The notes: generated by a model from the sequence alone, not told the origin. A stretch of 64,000 nt of DNA from Malacoraja senta (GCA_038087875.1 JAXLNO010005863.1:434001-498000); one strand, 5' to 3'. Shown: positions 14,909 through 27,330, counted from the stretch's first letter. Program-made: numbers and translations.

Positions 14909-15049
14909 TACCAAAATTGCCCGATTCAACCATGGTTCCCTTTGATGTTACAGATAGCGTTCCAACCTCTTTTGCTGATTTCAAACAGTAGGAGTTTGCT
15001 GGAGCATCCAGTAACGCGTTAAGTTCATCCTTTATGTGATCGTATTGAT

Positions 15050-16027
15050 CTGTTAATTTGCAAGGTTTTTAAGAATGCCTTATATTGGTCGAGGACTTTC
15101 TAGGCCAACGGTGTATATACTCACTGCAGCCTGGAGAAAGAGTACTCAAAAGCAGTATACGACTTATGTTAAAAAAATGGGAACAATATGGTGTTCAAAA
15201 GAATATTCAATATGATACTGTAGTTATTGAAAATGTGTTAGAGTTTTATCTACACTTTATTATGATGAGGGTCTTAGCTATACTGCTATCAATACAGCTA
15301 GAAGTGCTTTGTCGGCATATCTTGTAATAGCTACACGGACACAAAGTATAGGTTCTCACCCTCTCATATCTAGGTTGATGAAATTAATCTTTAATTCCAA
15401 ACCGCCTAAGCCTAGGTATATGGTAATCTGGGATGTAAGCGTTGTTCTTAACATGCTTCGTCATTGGGTCCCTGTCATGTCTATAACTTTGTTAAAATTA
15501 ACCATGAAATTGGCTATGCTAATGGAATTGGTGTCAGCATAGAGAGTGCAGACTTTGCAAAAACTTCAGTTAGATAGAATGGAAGTGACTACAGAGAATG
15601 TTCTGTTTTATATTTATGACCTGCTCAAACAAAGCAAGCCAGGTGTGACAGGATTTAAGATTGTGTTCTCAGCATATCCTACAGCTCCATGTTTATGTGT
15701 AAGGACACATTTGTTACATTACATTGAAGCCACTAGGATTATTTGTCAGTTAAAAGAATCCAACATAAAAGAGTGGCAGTTCAGACTATCTCAAGGTGGG
15801 TAAAGCAAGAGTTGGTTCAGGCAGGAATTAACATTTATGTGTTTACATCTCATTCCACTAGCGCAGTAGCAACATCCGCGGCCAGGGCGATGGACGATCC
15901 CATCGACCATATATTAAAAGCCGCAGGTTGGAAAAATGAATTTGTGTTTCAGCAATACTACCATCGGCTGATTGCCGATGGAGGGCTGTTTGCCAACTCA
16001 ATATTGAGTGCTGTTGCTATTGTTTAA
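15050..16027 (+). pseudogene. DIRS tyrosine recombinase (disrupted)
   Basis: INTARSALS, IGSHPLISRLMKLIF, PKPRY, SA*RVQTL, FTSHSTSAVATS and ILKAAGWK...FQQYYHR motifs. Confidence 0.88.
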
Positions 16028-16576
16028 AGTCTGTTTTCAATACTGTTTAATTCTGTTTCGTTTGTTGCCCCTACATTAAGAGGGTTTATTGGTTGTTTTA
16101 TGACCAAAAATAAAACTGTTTTGTTTTGCATGATATGCAATGTCATGTTTACAGCATTATTGATGATACTCAGTCAATCGATGCAGTGAGAAGCCGGGAT
16201 TTTGATCTGCGGCATAAAAATCACAGAGCTTTAAAATCATCACGTAGTCGGTCACGTGACTCCGAAGTAAAATAGTAAGATTAAACGAGAACTTACCAGT
16301 TTGAAGTTTGATCTTTATTTTGAGGAGTTACGTTGGTGATTACGTGCCCGCCACGCCCAACCCTCTCTCATAGAAAAAAGGTCATAATGGTAGTTCTCAT
16401 GTTGATCATCTTAATATGTTACTTCAATTATTGTGTTGTCTGTGATTTCATACCGCTGCTTTGAAAATTGACGCGCATGTGCCCTGACGGGTATTCTTCA
16501 CGTAATCACCAACTTAACTCCTCATAAAATAAAGATCAAACTTCAAACTGGTAAGTTCTCATTTAATCTTACTATT

Positions 16577-17035
16577 CCCCTTCATAAATCCATGCTGACT
16601 TTGACCGATCCTGTTACTACTTTCCAAATGCTGTTACATCCTTAACAATCGACTGAGGCATCTTCCGCACCACCAACGTCAGGCTAACTGGTCTATAATT
16701 CCGTTTTCTCTTTCCCTCATTTCTTAAAAAGTGGGCTTACATTCGCTACCCTCCTGTCCACCGCAACTGATCCAGAGTCTATAGAACATTGGAAAATAAT
16801 CACTGATGCATCCACGATTTCTCAGACCACTCCTTGTGTACTCTGGGATGCAGACCATCAGGCCCTGGGGATTTATCTGCCTTCAGTCTCAACAGTTTGC
16901 ATAACACCATTTCCTGGTGGACTAATGTGGATTTTCTTCAGTTCCTCCTTCCCGCTAGATCATTGGTCCACTAGTTTTTATGGGAGATTGTTTGTGTGTC
17001 CCTTGGTGAAGACAGAACTAAATGTACCTGTTTTA
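16577..17035 (-). mobile_element. CR1 internal fragment, cut at the DIRS right end
   Basis: Antisense match to the 2450-2900 region of the CR1 family, from the FGSVFTK to the QHGFMKG region. Confidence 0.85.
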
Positions 17036-17145
17036 CATCTGGGGTTGTGGAATACGAGGGAGGTTCTCAGTATACAATGGCATATAGTTCAGGTTCAGAA
17101 ATGAGGATAATTAATATGTTAATAATTCTGATACTAGATCGCAAC

Positions 17146-17765
17146 TGGACCGCAACCATTCGGCCCTTTGACCCAGCACCGCCATTCAATATGATCATGG
17201 CTGATCCTCCAAAATCAGTCCACCGTTCCGGCTTTTCCCCCATATCCCTTGATTCCCTTAGCCCAAAGATCAAAATCTAATTCTGTCTTGAAAACATTTG
17301 GTGAATTGGCCTCCACTGCCTTCTGTCGCAGAGAATTCCACAGATTCACAACTCTCTGGGTGAAAAAGTTTCTCCTCATCACTGTCCCAAATGGCCTACG
17401 CCTTATTCTTAAACTGTGACCCCAGGTTCTGGACTCCCCAAACATCGGAACATTTTTCCTGCATCTAGCCTGTCCAATCCTCTAAGAATTTTATATGTTT
17501 ACAGTATAAGACCCCCTCTCATCGTTCTAACCTCCAGCGAATGCAAGCCCAGTCGACCCATTCTTTCATCATATGTCAGTCCCGCCATCCCAGGAATTAA
17601 CCTGGTGAACCCTCGCTGCACTCCCTCAATAGCAAGAATGTCCTTCCTCAAGTTAGGAGACCAAAATTGCACACAATTCTCCAGGTGCAGTCTCACCGGG
17701 CCCTGTACGACTACAGTTGGACCTCCTTGCTCCTAAACTCAAATCCTCTTGCAATGAAGGCTTTA
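17146..17765 (-). mobile_element. CR1 3' fragment
   Basis: Minus-strand ORFs RLHLENCVQFWSPNLRKDILAIEGVQ and GESRTWGHSLRIR. Confidence 0.9.
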
Positions 17766-17989
17766 TTCCTTAGTGAAGACAGAACTAAAGTACTTGTTTA
17801 CGGGGGTTGTGGATATTACTAAAGCAGAGATAGATCGATTCTTGACTTCTACAGGTGCCAGAGGTTACGGGGAGAAGGCTGGAGAATGGGGCAAGGATGG
17901 AGAGATGGATCAGCCATGATTGAATGCGGAGTAGACTTGATGGGCCGAATGGTCTAATTCTACTTCTATCACTGATGACCTTATGACAT

Positions 17990-19100
17990 ATCCTTCCTGT
18001 ACTCCATCCCATTATTGGTCGTGATTCATCCCACCACAGTGTTGTCGTTTGCAGACTTGTAGATGGAAATAGATCCACATTTGGCCTTGGTGTCATGTGT
18101 ATAGGGAGTGTATTAGAGGACTGAGAATGCATCCTAGCGGGGCACCAGTGTTGATGATTATTGTGGATGAGAAGCTGTCACCTATCTTCACCGATTGGAA
18201 GGGTCAGAAAGTTGCAGATCCAGTGGTAGAGGGTGGAGCTGATTCCTAGTTCCAGCAGCTTGGAGATCAGTTTGGATGGGATTATGGTGTTGAAGGTGGA
18301 GCTATAGCGGATAGATAGGAGTCTAATGTACGACAATTCCTAATGTATAAACATGTTACATTGTTAAGGGATTGGACAGGCTTTTTTCCTGCATCTAACC
18401 TGTCCAATCCCTTAAGAAGTGTATATGTTTCTATAAGATCCCCTCTCAACCGTATAAATTCGAGTGAACATAAACTCAGTCGATCCATTCTTTCATCATT
18501 TGTGAGTCCCGCCATCCCGGGAATTAACCTGGTGAACCAACGCTGCACTCCCTCAATAGCAAGAATTGGTACGTTAGACTCCTATCTATTCACTATCTGA
18601 CGTTGGGGGAGTCCAGAAACAGTGGGGTCACAGTTTGAGAATAAATGATAGGCCATTTAGGACAGAGAACATGCAAACCTTTATCACCCAGAGAGTTGTG
18701 AATCTGTGGAATTCTCTGCCACAGAAGGCATATTTCACTGTCTGTTTTCAAGAGAGAGTTAGATATAGTTCTTACGGCTAACGGAATCAAGGCATATGGG
18801 GAGAAAGTAGGAATGGGGTACTGATTGTGGATGATCAGCCATGATCATTTTGCATGGCGGTGCAGGCTGGAAGGGCCGAATGGCCTATCTCTGCACCTAT
18901 TTCCTATGTTTCTATGCCACCTTGTTGTCTATGTATTCCAGAGATGGGTTTAGGGCCGGGAGATGGTCACTGCTGGAGACCGGCTGAGTTGATGAGCAAA
19001 CTGTAATGGATCAAGGCTGGCTGGGATACTGGAGTTAATATGCTCCAACACCAGTCTCTCAAAGCACTTCATGATGGTGGATGTCAGAGCCACTGCCCGG
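17990..19100 (-). mobile_element. Rex1/Babar-type RT fragment split by a rearranged CR1 insertion
   Basis: Frameshifted QSVKIG...NTGAPLGCIL...YKSANDNTVVG remnant at 17990-18331, with continuation at 18916-19100. Confidence 0.6.
18342..18915. mobile_element. CR1 3' end with inverted 5' part and fold-back junctions
   Basis: A minus-strand piece (18382-18563) and a plus-strand tail piece (18597-18915) come from adjacent parts of the CR1 3' end. Confidence 0.8.
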
Positions 19101-19550
19101 TGCTTATTACGGCACATACCTTACTTGTCAATGGTAGTTTAAATCATGCTCCTCGTGAACTTGTACACCTCAATAAGGTCACACCTCATCCTCCCACTCT
19201 CCAAAGAAAAAGGCCCCAGATTATCCAACCTCTCCCCATATCAAGTCTGCCAGCCCAGGTAACATTCCTGGTGAATCTCGTTTGTAGCCTTTCCAATACA
19301 ATGGCATCCTTCCTGTGGCTTGGTGACCAGAGTTGTACACAGTACTCCAAGTGTGGTCTTACCAACGAGTTGTACAGATGTATCACGATGCCCCAACCTT
19401 TGTGCTCAGTCCGCTTGCCCATGAAGGCAAGTGTCTTCTTCACCACCCTGTCCACCTGACTCGCCACTTGTAGTGAACCTTGCATAGAGTCACACAGCAC
19501 GGAAATAGACCCTTCAGCCCAACTTGCCCATTCTGACCAAGATGCCCCAT

Positions 19551-22500
19551 CGACCTGTACAAAAAGGATGGGTTGCACTTGAACCTGAGGGGGACCGATA
19601 TCCTGGCGGGGAGATCTGCAAAGGCTACTGGGGAGACTTTAAACTAGAATGGTTGGGGGGAGGGACTCAAATAGAGAATGCTATTAGACAGTGTGTGAGG
19701 CAGGAGGCAGAGAAGGAAAGCACTCAGACCCAACATGTAGGGGGGAAAGAAGAAAACAATAATAAACAGAGAATAAGAGGTGGTGGGGTTCTTAAATGGG
19801 TGAGCAGAGAAACAGAGGGGTGCAAAATGCGGGCGGAAGCAATAGGTAGCAAGGTGAAAAGTAAAAGTGGCAGGCAGACAAATCCAGGGCAAAAATCAAA
19901 AAGAGCCACTTTCCAACATAATTGTATAAGGGGTAAGAGCGTTGTAAAAACAAGCCTGAAGGCTTTGTGTCTCAATGCAAGGAGCATTCGTAATAAGGTC
20001 GATGAGTTGAATGTGCAGATAGCAATTAATGATTATGATATAGTTGGGATCACGGAGACATGGCTCCAGGGTGACCAAGGCTGGGAGCTGAACATCCAGG
20101 GATATTCAATATTCAGGAGGGATAGAGAGAAAGGAAAAGGAGGTGGGGTAGCGTTGCTGGTTAGAGAGGAGATTAACACAGTGGAAAGGAAGGACATTAG
20201 CTTGGAGGACGTGGAATCGGTATGGGTAGAGCTACGAAATACTAAGGGGCAGAAAACACTGGTGGGTGTTGTGTACAGGCCACCTAGCAGTAGTAGCGAA
20301 GTTGGGGATGGCATCAAACAGGAAATTAGAAATGCGTGCAACAAAGGCAAAACAGTTATAATGGGTGACTTCAATCTACATATAGATTGGGTGAATCAAA
20401 TTGGCAGGGGTGCTGAGGAAGAGGATTTCTTGGAATGTATGAGGGATAGTTATCTAAACCAACATGTAGAGGAACCAACGAGAGAGCAGGCTATTCTAGA
20501 CTGGGTATTGAGTAATGAGGAAGGGTTAGTTAGCAGACTTGTTGTGCGTGCCCCCTTGGGCAAGAGTGACCATAATATGGTTGAGTTCTTCATTAGGATG
20601 GAGAGTGACATTGTTAATTCAGAAACGACGGTTCTGAACTTAAAGAAAGGTAACTTTGAGGATATGAGACGTGAATTGGCCAAGATTGACTGGCAATTAG
20701 TTCTAAAAGGGTTGACGGTGGATATGCAATGGAAGGCATTTAAAGACTGCATGGATGAACTACAAAAAATTTTCATCCCAGTTTGGCAAAAGAATAAATC
20801 AGGGAAGGTAGTGCATCCGTGGATAACAAGGGAAATCAGGGATAGTATCAAAGCAAAAGATGTTGCGTACAAATTAGCCAGAAAAAGCAGCATACCAGAG
20901 GACTGGGAGAAATTCAGAGACCAGCAGAGGAGGACAAAGGGCTTAATTAGGAAAGGGAAAATAGATTATGAAAGGAAACTGGCAGGGAACATAAAAACTG
21001 ACTGCAAAAGTTTTTATAGATATGTGAAGAGAAAGAGATTAGTTAAAACAAATGTAGGTCCCTTGCAGTCAGAAACAGGTGAATTGATCATGGGGAACAA
21101 GGATATGGCGGACCAATTGAATAACTACTTTGGTTCCGTCTTCACTAAGGAAGACGTAAATAATCTGCCGGAAATAGCAGGGGTCAAAGAAGATGGAGGA
21201 ACTGAGTGAAATCCAGGTTAGTCGGGAAGTGGTGTTGGGTAAATTGAATGGATTAAAGGCCGATAAATCACCAGGGCCAGATAGGCTGCATCCCAGAGTA
21301 CTTAAGGAAGTAGCTCCAGAAATAGTGGATGCATTAGTGATAATTTTTCAAAATTCTTTAGATTCTGGAGTAGTTCCTGAGGATTGGAGGGTAGCAAACG
21401 TAACCCCACTTTTTAAGAAGGGAGGGAGAGAGAAAACGGGGAATTACAGACCAGTTAGTCTAACATCGGTAGTGGGGAAACTGCTAGAGTCAGTTATTAA
21501 AGATGGGATAGCAGCACATTTGGAAAGTGGTGAAATCATTGGACAAAGTCAGCATGGATTTACGAAAGGTAAATCGTGTCTGACGAATCTTATAGAATTT
21601 TTCGAGGATGTAACTAGTAGAGTGGATAGGGGAGAACCAGTGGATGTGTTGTATCTGGACTTTCAGAAGGCTTTCGACAAGGTACCACATAAGAGATTAG
21701 GATACAAGCTTAAATCACACGGTATTGGGGGTTCAGTATTGATGTGGATAGAGAACTGACTGGCAAACAGGAAGCAAAGAGTAGGAGAAAACGGGTCCTT
21801 TTCACAATGGCAGGCAGTGACTAGTGGGGTACCGCAAGGCTCAGTGCTGGGACCCCAGCTATTTACAATTTATATTAATGATCTGGACGAGGGAATTGAA
21901 AGCAACATCTCCAAGTTTGCGGATGACACTAAGCTGGGGGGCAGTGTTAGCTGTGAGGAGGATGCTAGGAGACTGCAAGGTGACTTGGATAGGCTGGGGG
22001 AGTGGGCAAATGTTTGGCAGATGCAGTATAATGTGGATAAATGTGAGGTTATCCACTTTGGTGGCAAAAACGGGAAGGCAGACTATTATCTAAATGGTGG
22101 CCGATTAGGAAATGGGGAGGTGCAGCGAGACTTGGGTGTCATGGTACACCAGTCATTGAAAGTAGGCATGCAGGTGCAGCAGGCAGTGAAGAAAGCGAAT
22201 GGTATGTTGGCCTTCATAGCAAGAGGATTTGAGTATAGGAGCAGGGAGGTTCTACTGCAGTTGTACAGGGTCTTGGTGAGACCACACCTGGAGTATTGAG
22301 TACAGTTTTGGTCTCCAAATCTGAGGAAGGACATTATAGCCATAGAGGGAGTGCAGAGAAGGTTCACCAGACTGATTCCTGGGATGTCAGGACTTTCATA
22401 TGAAGAAAGACTGGATAGACTTGGCTTATACTCGCTAGAATTTAGGAGATTGAGAGGGGATCTTATAGAAACGTACAAAATTCTTATGGGGTTGGACAGG

Positions 22501-22857
22501 CTAGATGCAGGAAGATTGTTCCCGATGTTGGGGAAGTCCAGGACAAGGGGTCACAGCTTAAGGATAAGGGGGAAATCCTTTAAGACCGAGATGAGGAAAA
22601 ACTTTTTCACACAGAGAGTGGTGAATCTCTGGAACTCTCTGCCACAGAGGGTAGTTGACGCCAGTTCATTGGCTATATTTAAGAGGGAGTTAGATGTGGC
22701 CCTTGTGGCTAAAGGGATCAGGGGGTATGGAGAGAAGGCAGGTACGGGATACTGAGTTGGATGATCAGCCATGATCATATTGAATGGCGGTGCAGGCTCG
22801 AAGGGCCGAATGGCCTACTCCTGCACCTATTTTCTATGTATCTATGTATGTATGTAC
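19551..22857 (+). mobile_element. Near-full-length CR1 LINE (end of ORF1 esterase, ORF2 APE endonuclease and RT, tail)
   Basis: DLYKKDGLHLN (ORF1 end), CLNARSIRNK/GITETWL/GDFN/SDHN (APE) and all RT motifs. ORF2 is broken by a small deletion near 21185 and TGA stops at 21757 and 22297. (CTATGTAT)n tail. Inserted inside an older minus-strand CR1 3' end. Confidence 0.96.
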
Positions 22858-23484
22858 ACTAGTCCCACCTGCCCATGTTTGGCCCATGTCCCTCTCACAC
22901 TCTCCTGTTCGTATCCTTGTCCAAATGTACTTCAACTGTTGATATGGTACTTGCCTTAACTACCTACTATGGCAGCTTGTTCCATCTACCCACCACCCTC
23001 TGTCTGGTGGAGAAACCAGAGCACCTGGAGAAAACCCGCACAGTCACGGCAAGAACATACAAACTCCACATAGACAGCACCCGAAGAGTGGATGGAACCG
23101 GGGTCAATGTGTAGTAATGGTAAACTACACCCTCAATAGAGATATCTATCTTTATTGGAATAAAATTTATGAACAATGTATTATGAACATGTGCACCGGT
23201 ATTCTGTCTGATGCAAATATATCGAGCGATGTCCCTTAAAACTTTAACAGTAACCAGGAGATACAAGAACTACAGATGCTGGTTCAAAATAAAGACACAG
23301 AGTGCTGGAGTATCTCAGCACGTCAGGCAGCATCTCTGGAGAACATGGATATGTGGTGTTTTGGTTGGGACCCTTCTTCAAACTGATTGTGTTGGGGGGG
23401 GGATGAGAAAGGTGGAGAGAGGGTCAGGACAAACCTTGGTGAGTGGTGGGTGGATACAGGTGAAGGGGGTGTGGTTGATAAGCA

Positions 23485-24690
23485 GATGCTTAATGGTCAA
23501 TGGGCATGGAGTCATACAGCATGGAAACAGGCCCTACGACCCAACTTGCCCACTCCAAACAACATGCTCCATCTACACTGTCAACTGGCCCATTTCCCTC
23601 TACACCTATCCTATCCATGTACGTGCACAGATATATCTCATGTTTTATGATAGTACCTGCCTCAACTACCTCCTCTGGCAGTTCGTTCCATATACACAAC
23701 GCCCTTTGTGTAAATAGTCGCTCCTCATGTTCCTATTAAATATTTTCCCCCTCACCTGATACCCATGTCCCTGGTTCTTGATTTCCCTAATCTGGGCAAT
23801 AGACTGTGTATTTACCTGATCTATTCCTCTCATGATGTTCTACATCTCTATATGATCACTCCTCACCCTCCTGCGCTCCAAGGAATAATGTCCTAGCCTG
23901 CCCAATCTCCCTCTATAGCTCAGGCCCTCGTGTCCTGGCAACAGCCTGGTAAAACTTATCTGCACCATTTCCAGCTTGACAACATATTTCCTATAACACG
24001 GTGACCACACAATACTATAACTGTGTTCTTATCAATGTCTTATACATCTGTAACATGACCTCCCAACTTCTACACAATACTCTGATGCAGGCCAATGTGC
24101 CAAATGCCTTTTAAATCACCATATCTACCCATCATGCCACTTGCAAGGAAATATGTAACTGCACTCGTAGATCCCTCTGCTCCACAGCACTTCCAAGAGC
24201 CCAGCCTTTCAGTGTGTAGGTGCTGCCCTTATTAAACTTCACAAAATGCAACACCTCACATTTCTCTGTATTAAACTCCATCAGACATTCCTCAGCCCAC
24301 CTGCCCAACCGATCAAGATCTTGTTGCAATTTCTCACAAACATTTTCAGTATGTACAATACCACCCAGTTTAGTGTCAGCTGCAAATTTGTAGCTCATGC
24401 CTTGTACGTTCTCACCACTAGTCACAGGCCTCCCGTCTGAAAAACAACCTTCCACCATCACCCTCTGCTTCCTTCCATGAAGCCAAGTTTCTATCGATTC
24501 AGCTATCTCTCCTTGGATCCCTTGCAATCTTACCTTCCAGAGCAGCCTACCATGTGGATGCTTGTAAAATACCTTTGCTCCAATCCACATATACAACGTC
24601 GACAGCTCTGTCATCATCAACATTTTTGGTCACATCTTCAAGAAGCTCAATCAGGTTGGTGAGACACGATCTCCCACGTACAAATCTGTG
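23485..24690 (-). mobile_element. Degenerate CR1 fragments (3' end and RT)
   Basis: Minus-strand ORFs WNELPEEVVEAGTI and FAADTKLGG...FNTEKCEVLHF. Confidence 0.8.
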
Positions 24691-25699
24691 CTGACTATCC
24701 CTAATCAGTCCTTGTCCATCTCAGTACATGTATATCTGATGTCACCTTCCTGTCGTACAACTGGGCTTTATTGTACAACACTCTCAACGACTCTATCATT
24801 TACTGAGCTCATGACATAGCAAAGCATCACCTGAGACTTGTCACAGTTCCTCTGCTGTTCCTCAGCTGGCTTTTGGGAAACCTACAGAATCCCATCAGAA
24901 TGAATGCACCTTTCCTATTGAATGCTCTGCCCATGTACCGAGGTACAGTGTCAAGCTTTGTTTTACTTGCTATATAATCAGATAAGGATACACTGAACAT
25001 AAACACAATCAAGTCAAACTGGAGTACAACAGATGGAGCAAAGTGCAAGATACAGAGTGTAGAATATATCTCCCAGCATTGTAACACATCAGTTCCAAAG
25101 ACAAAGTCTATGATAACATTGAACATTCATGTGTACAGGTACATGGATAGGACAGGTTTACAGGGATATGGGTCAAACACAGGCTGGTAGTACGAGTGTA
25201 TGGGGCATGGGCATGGACAAGTTGGGCCAGAGGGCCTGTTTCCATGCTGTATGACTCTATGTCTGAAGCCCCCACCCCCTGCACCAGCTCCTGAGTCACC
25301 TACTGATCTGCACTGTCTTCCTCTTTCTTGTCTCTTGAACACGGGGCACAGGTAGTGCGATCCCTTATCTCTGTGTCTCCCTCACCCCTCACTCTCAGTT
25401 CGAAGAAGGGTCTCAACACGAAACATCACCCACTCCTTCTGTCCAGAGTTGCTGCCTGTCCCGCTGAGTTACTCCAGCATTTTGTGTTTATCTTCGGTTT
25501 AAACCAACATCTGCAGTTCCTTCCTACACAGTGAGATTGTAAGACTGGAGTTACTTTTTTAACCACCTGTCATATGTTCATAAGGAATTTGAGTAGAATG
25601 AGGCCATTCGGCCCATCAAGTCTACTCCACCATTCAACCATGGCTGATCTATCTCACACTCCTAACTCTTGGCTTCTCACCATAACTTCTGACACCTTT

Positions 25700-26285
25700 A
25701 CGTCATTGTAGTTGGGGACTCCATTGTGAGAGGTACGGACAGGGGTTTCTGCAGGAACAGACGGGATTCGAGGATGGTGTGCTGCCTTCCTGTTGCCAGG
25801 ATCCAGGATGTCACGGACAGAGTGTAGAAAATCCTCAAGGGCGAAGGTGAACAGTTGGAAGTGGTAGTGCATGTCGGCACAAACGATGTCGGAAAGAAGG
25901 GGATGAATATTCTGCAGCGTGACTTTACAGAGCTCGGAAAAATGCTGAAAAGCAGGACTTCCAGGGTTGTTATCTCCGGTTTGCTTCCAGTTCCTCGTGC
26001 TGGCGAGAGCAGGAACAGGGAGATACGGGACCTGAATGTGTGGCTGGGGAACTGGTGCACAGGGCAGGGATTTGGATTCTTAGATCACTGGGATCTGTTT
26101 TGGAGTAAGGGGGAACTGTACAAAGGGGACGGATTGCATCTTAACAGGTGGGGGACCGGCATTCTGGCAGGCAGGTTTGCCACTGCTACACGGGTGGTTT
26201 TAATCTGAATAAGGGGGGTGAGGTGTCAAATGGGATAGTCGAGGATGGAGTTAAAGGGAAAGAGAGTAAAGGGATGGTTAATGAC
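25700..26285 (+). mobile_element. CR1 ORF1 SGNH esterase domain remnant
   Basis: VVGDSIVRG (25708), VHVGTND and DGLHLN blocks, with one in-frame TAG. Confidence 0.88.
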
Positions 26286-27054
26286 CCCAGAAACTCAGCG
26301 GGTGAGGCAGCATCTATGGAGCGAAGGAATAGTTTTGGGTCAAGACCCTTCTTGGAGGGTCTCGACCGGAAACGTCGCCTATTCCTTTGCTCCATAGATG
26401 CTGCCTCACCCGCTGAGTTTCTCCAGCATTTTTGTCTACCTTCGATTTTTCCAGCATCTGCAGTTCTTTCTTAAAGAAAATCTACACAGACAATACCAGA
26501 GGTCAGGATCTAACGCTGGTCTCTGGTGCTGTGAGGCAGCAGCTCTGCCTGCTGTGTACAGTGTTTGGTTTCCTCCTTTTTGTTCTGCATTGTAATGATT
26601 CAAGTCAGGATAGGCATTGGATTTATGGGTCTCCTGAATCATAACATAAGGAGCAGTTAGCAGCACAAGAATGGAGAGTTATCTGAAACGTAATTACAGT
26701 TCCAGGCAACTACGCCCTGCCTTTCCATTCCATTTGCTATAGAGTGCGAAAACAACAAAGTGCTGGAGTAACTCAGCAGGTCGGGCAACATCTCTGGAGG
26801 ACATTGACAGGCGCTGTTTCAGATTGGGACCCTATTTCAGGCTGACAATAGTCACCTATCCATTTTCTCCAAAGATGCTGCTCGACCCGTTGAGTTACTC
26901 CAGCGCTTTGTGTCTATCGTCACCTATCTATGCCCTCCGGAGTTGCGACCTGACCTGCTGAGTTACACCAGCACTTTGTGCCTTTTGTTGTTGTAAATCG
27001 GCATCAGCACCTCCTCGTGTCTCCATTACAGTCAATTGTTTCCTGCTGGTTCAA

Positions 27055-27330
27055 TGACATCGCTCGACAACTGGTGTCGACCCGCCGTATTTTTATTCTG
27101 ATTGCATGATGAGATCCTGCTTTGATGTTGGTGAAGTTTGGCTCAGTTGCTGCTGTTGATGCGAGAGGTTGTGCGTGAAATGATTCTGTTCATCTTGTTG
27201 AGTTTCTTCCGCGTACAAGGGGCTCAAGCAGGTAAGTTAACGATACTCATTTTATTCGCTACTGGCTAAAAGCGTCTTGGCTTTATCTCAATCTTGACCG
27301 GAGGCGACTGAGTTTAAACAAGCGCGCAAT
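27055..27330 (+). promoter_or_regulatory. Probable promoter / first-exon CpG-rich patch of the MHC class I-like gene
   Basis: About 16 CpG in about 270 bp by my count, in non-repeat DNA around the leader exon. The unique background is CpG-poor. Confidence 0.5.
27180..27231 (+). CDS. MHC class I-like heavy chain, exon 1 (signal peptide MILFILLSFFRVQGAQA)
   Basis: ATG with a purine at -3, hydrophobic core, A-Q-A cleavage site and consensus donor CAG/GTAAGT. The phase-1 G joins the alpha1 exon to give mature G-P-H-T. Not in the ORF track. Confidence 0.78.

Larger units (their letters stand above)
10761..16576 (+). mobile_element. DIRS1-type tyrosine-recombinase retrotransposon with ITRs and ICR; coding regions decayed
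   Basis: Left ITR 10761-10818 and right ITR about 16473-16576 are inverted. The ICR at 16241-16346 is complementary to both termini. Gag-like, RT/RNase H, MT and YR remnants occur in the canonical order. Confidence 0.93.

Noticed and set aside
19524-22755. Long sense and antisense ORFs as cellular genes
   Set aside because: Sense ORFs are CR1 ORF2 pieces. Antisense ORFs are shadows that recur in every CR1 copy.
27030-27110. Canonical MHC SXY/ISRE promoter module
   Set aside because: Only imperfect matches with non-standard X-Y spacing, so it is not called as a feature.
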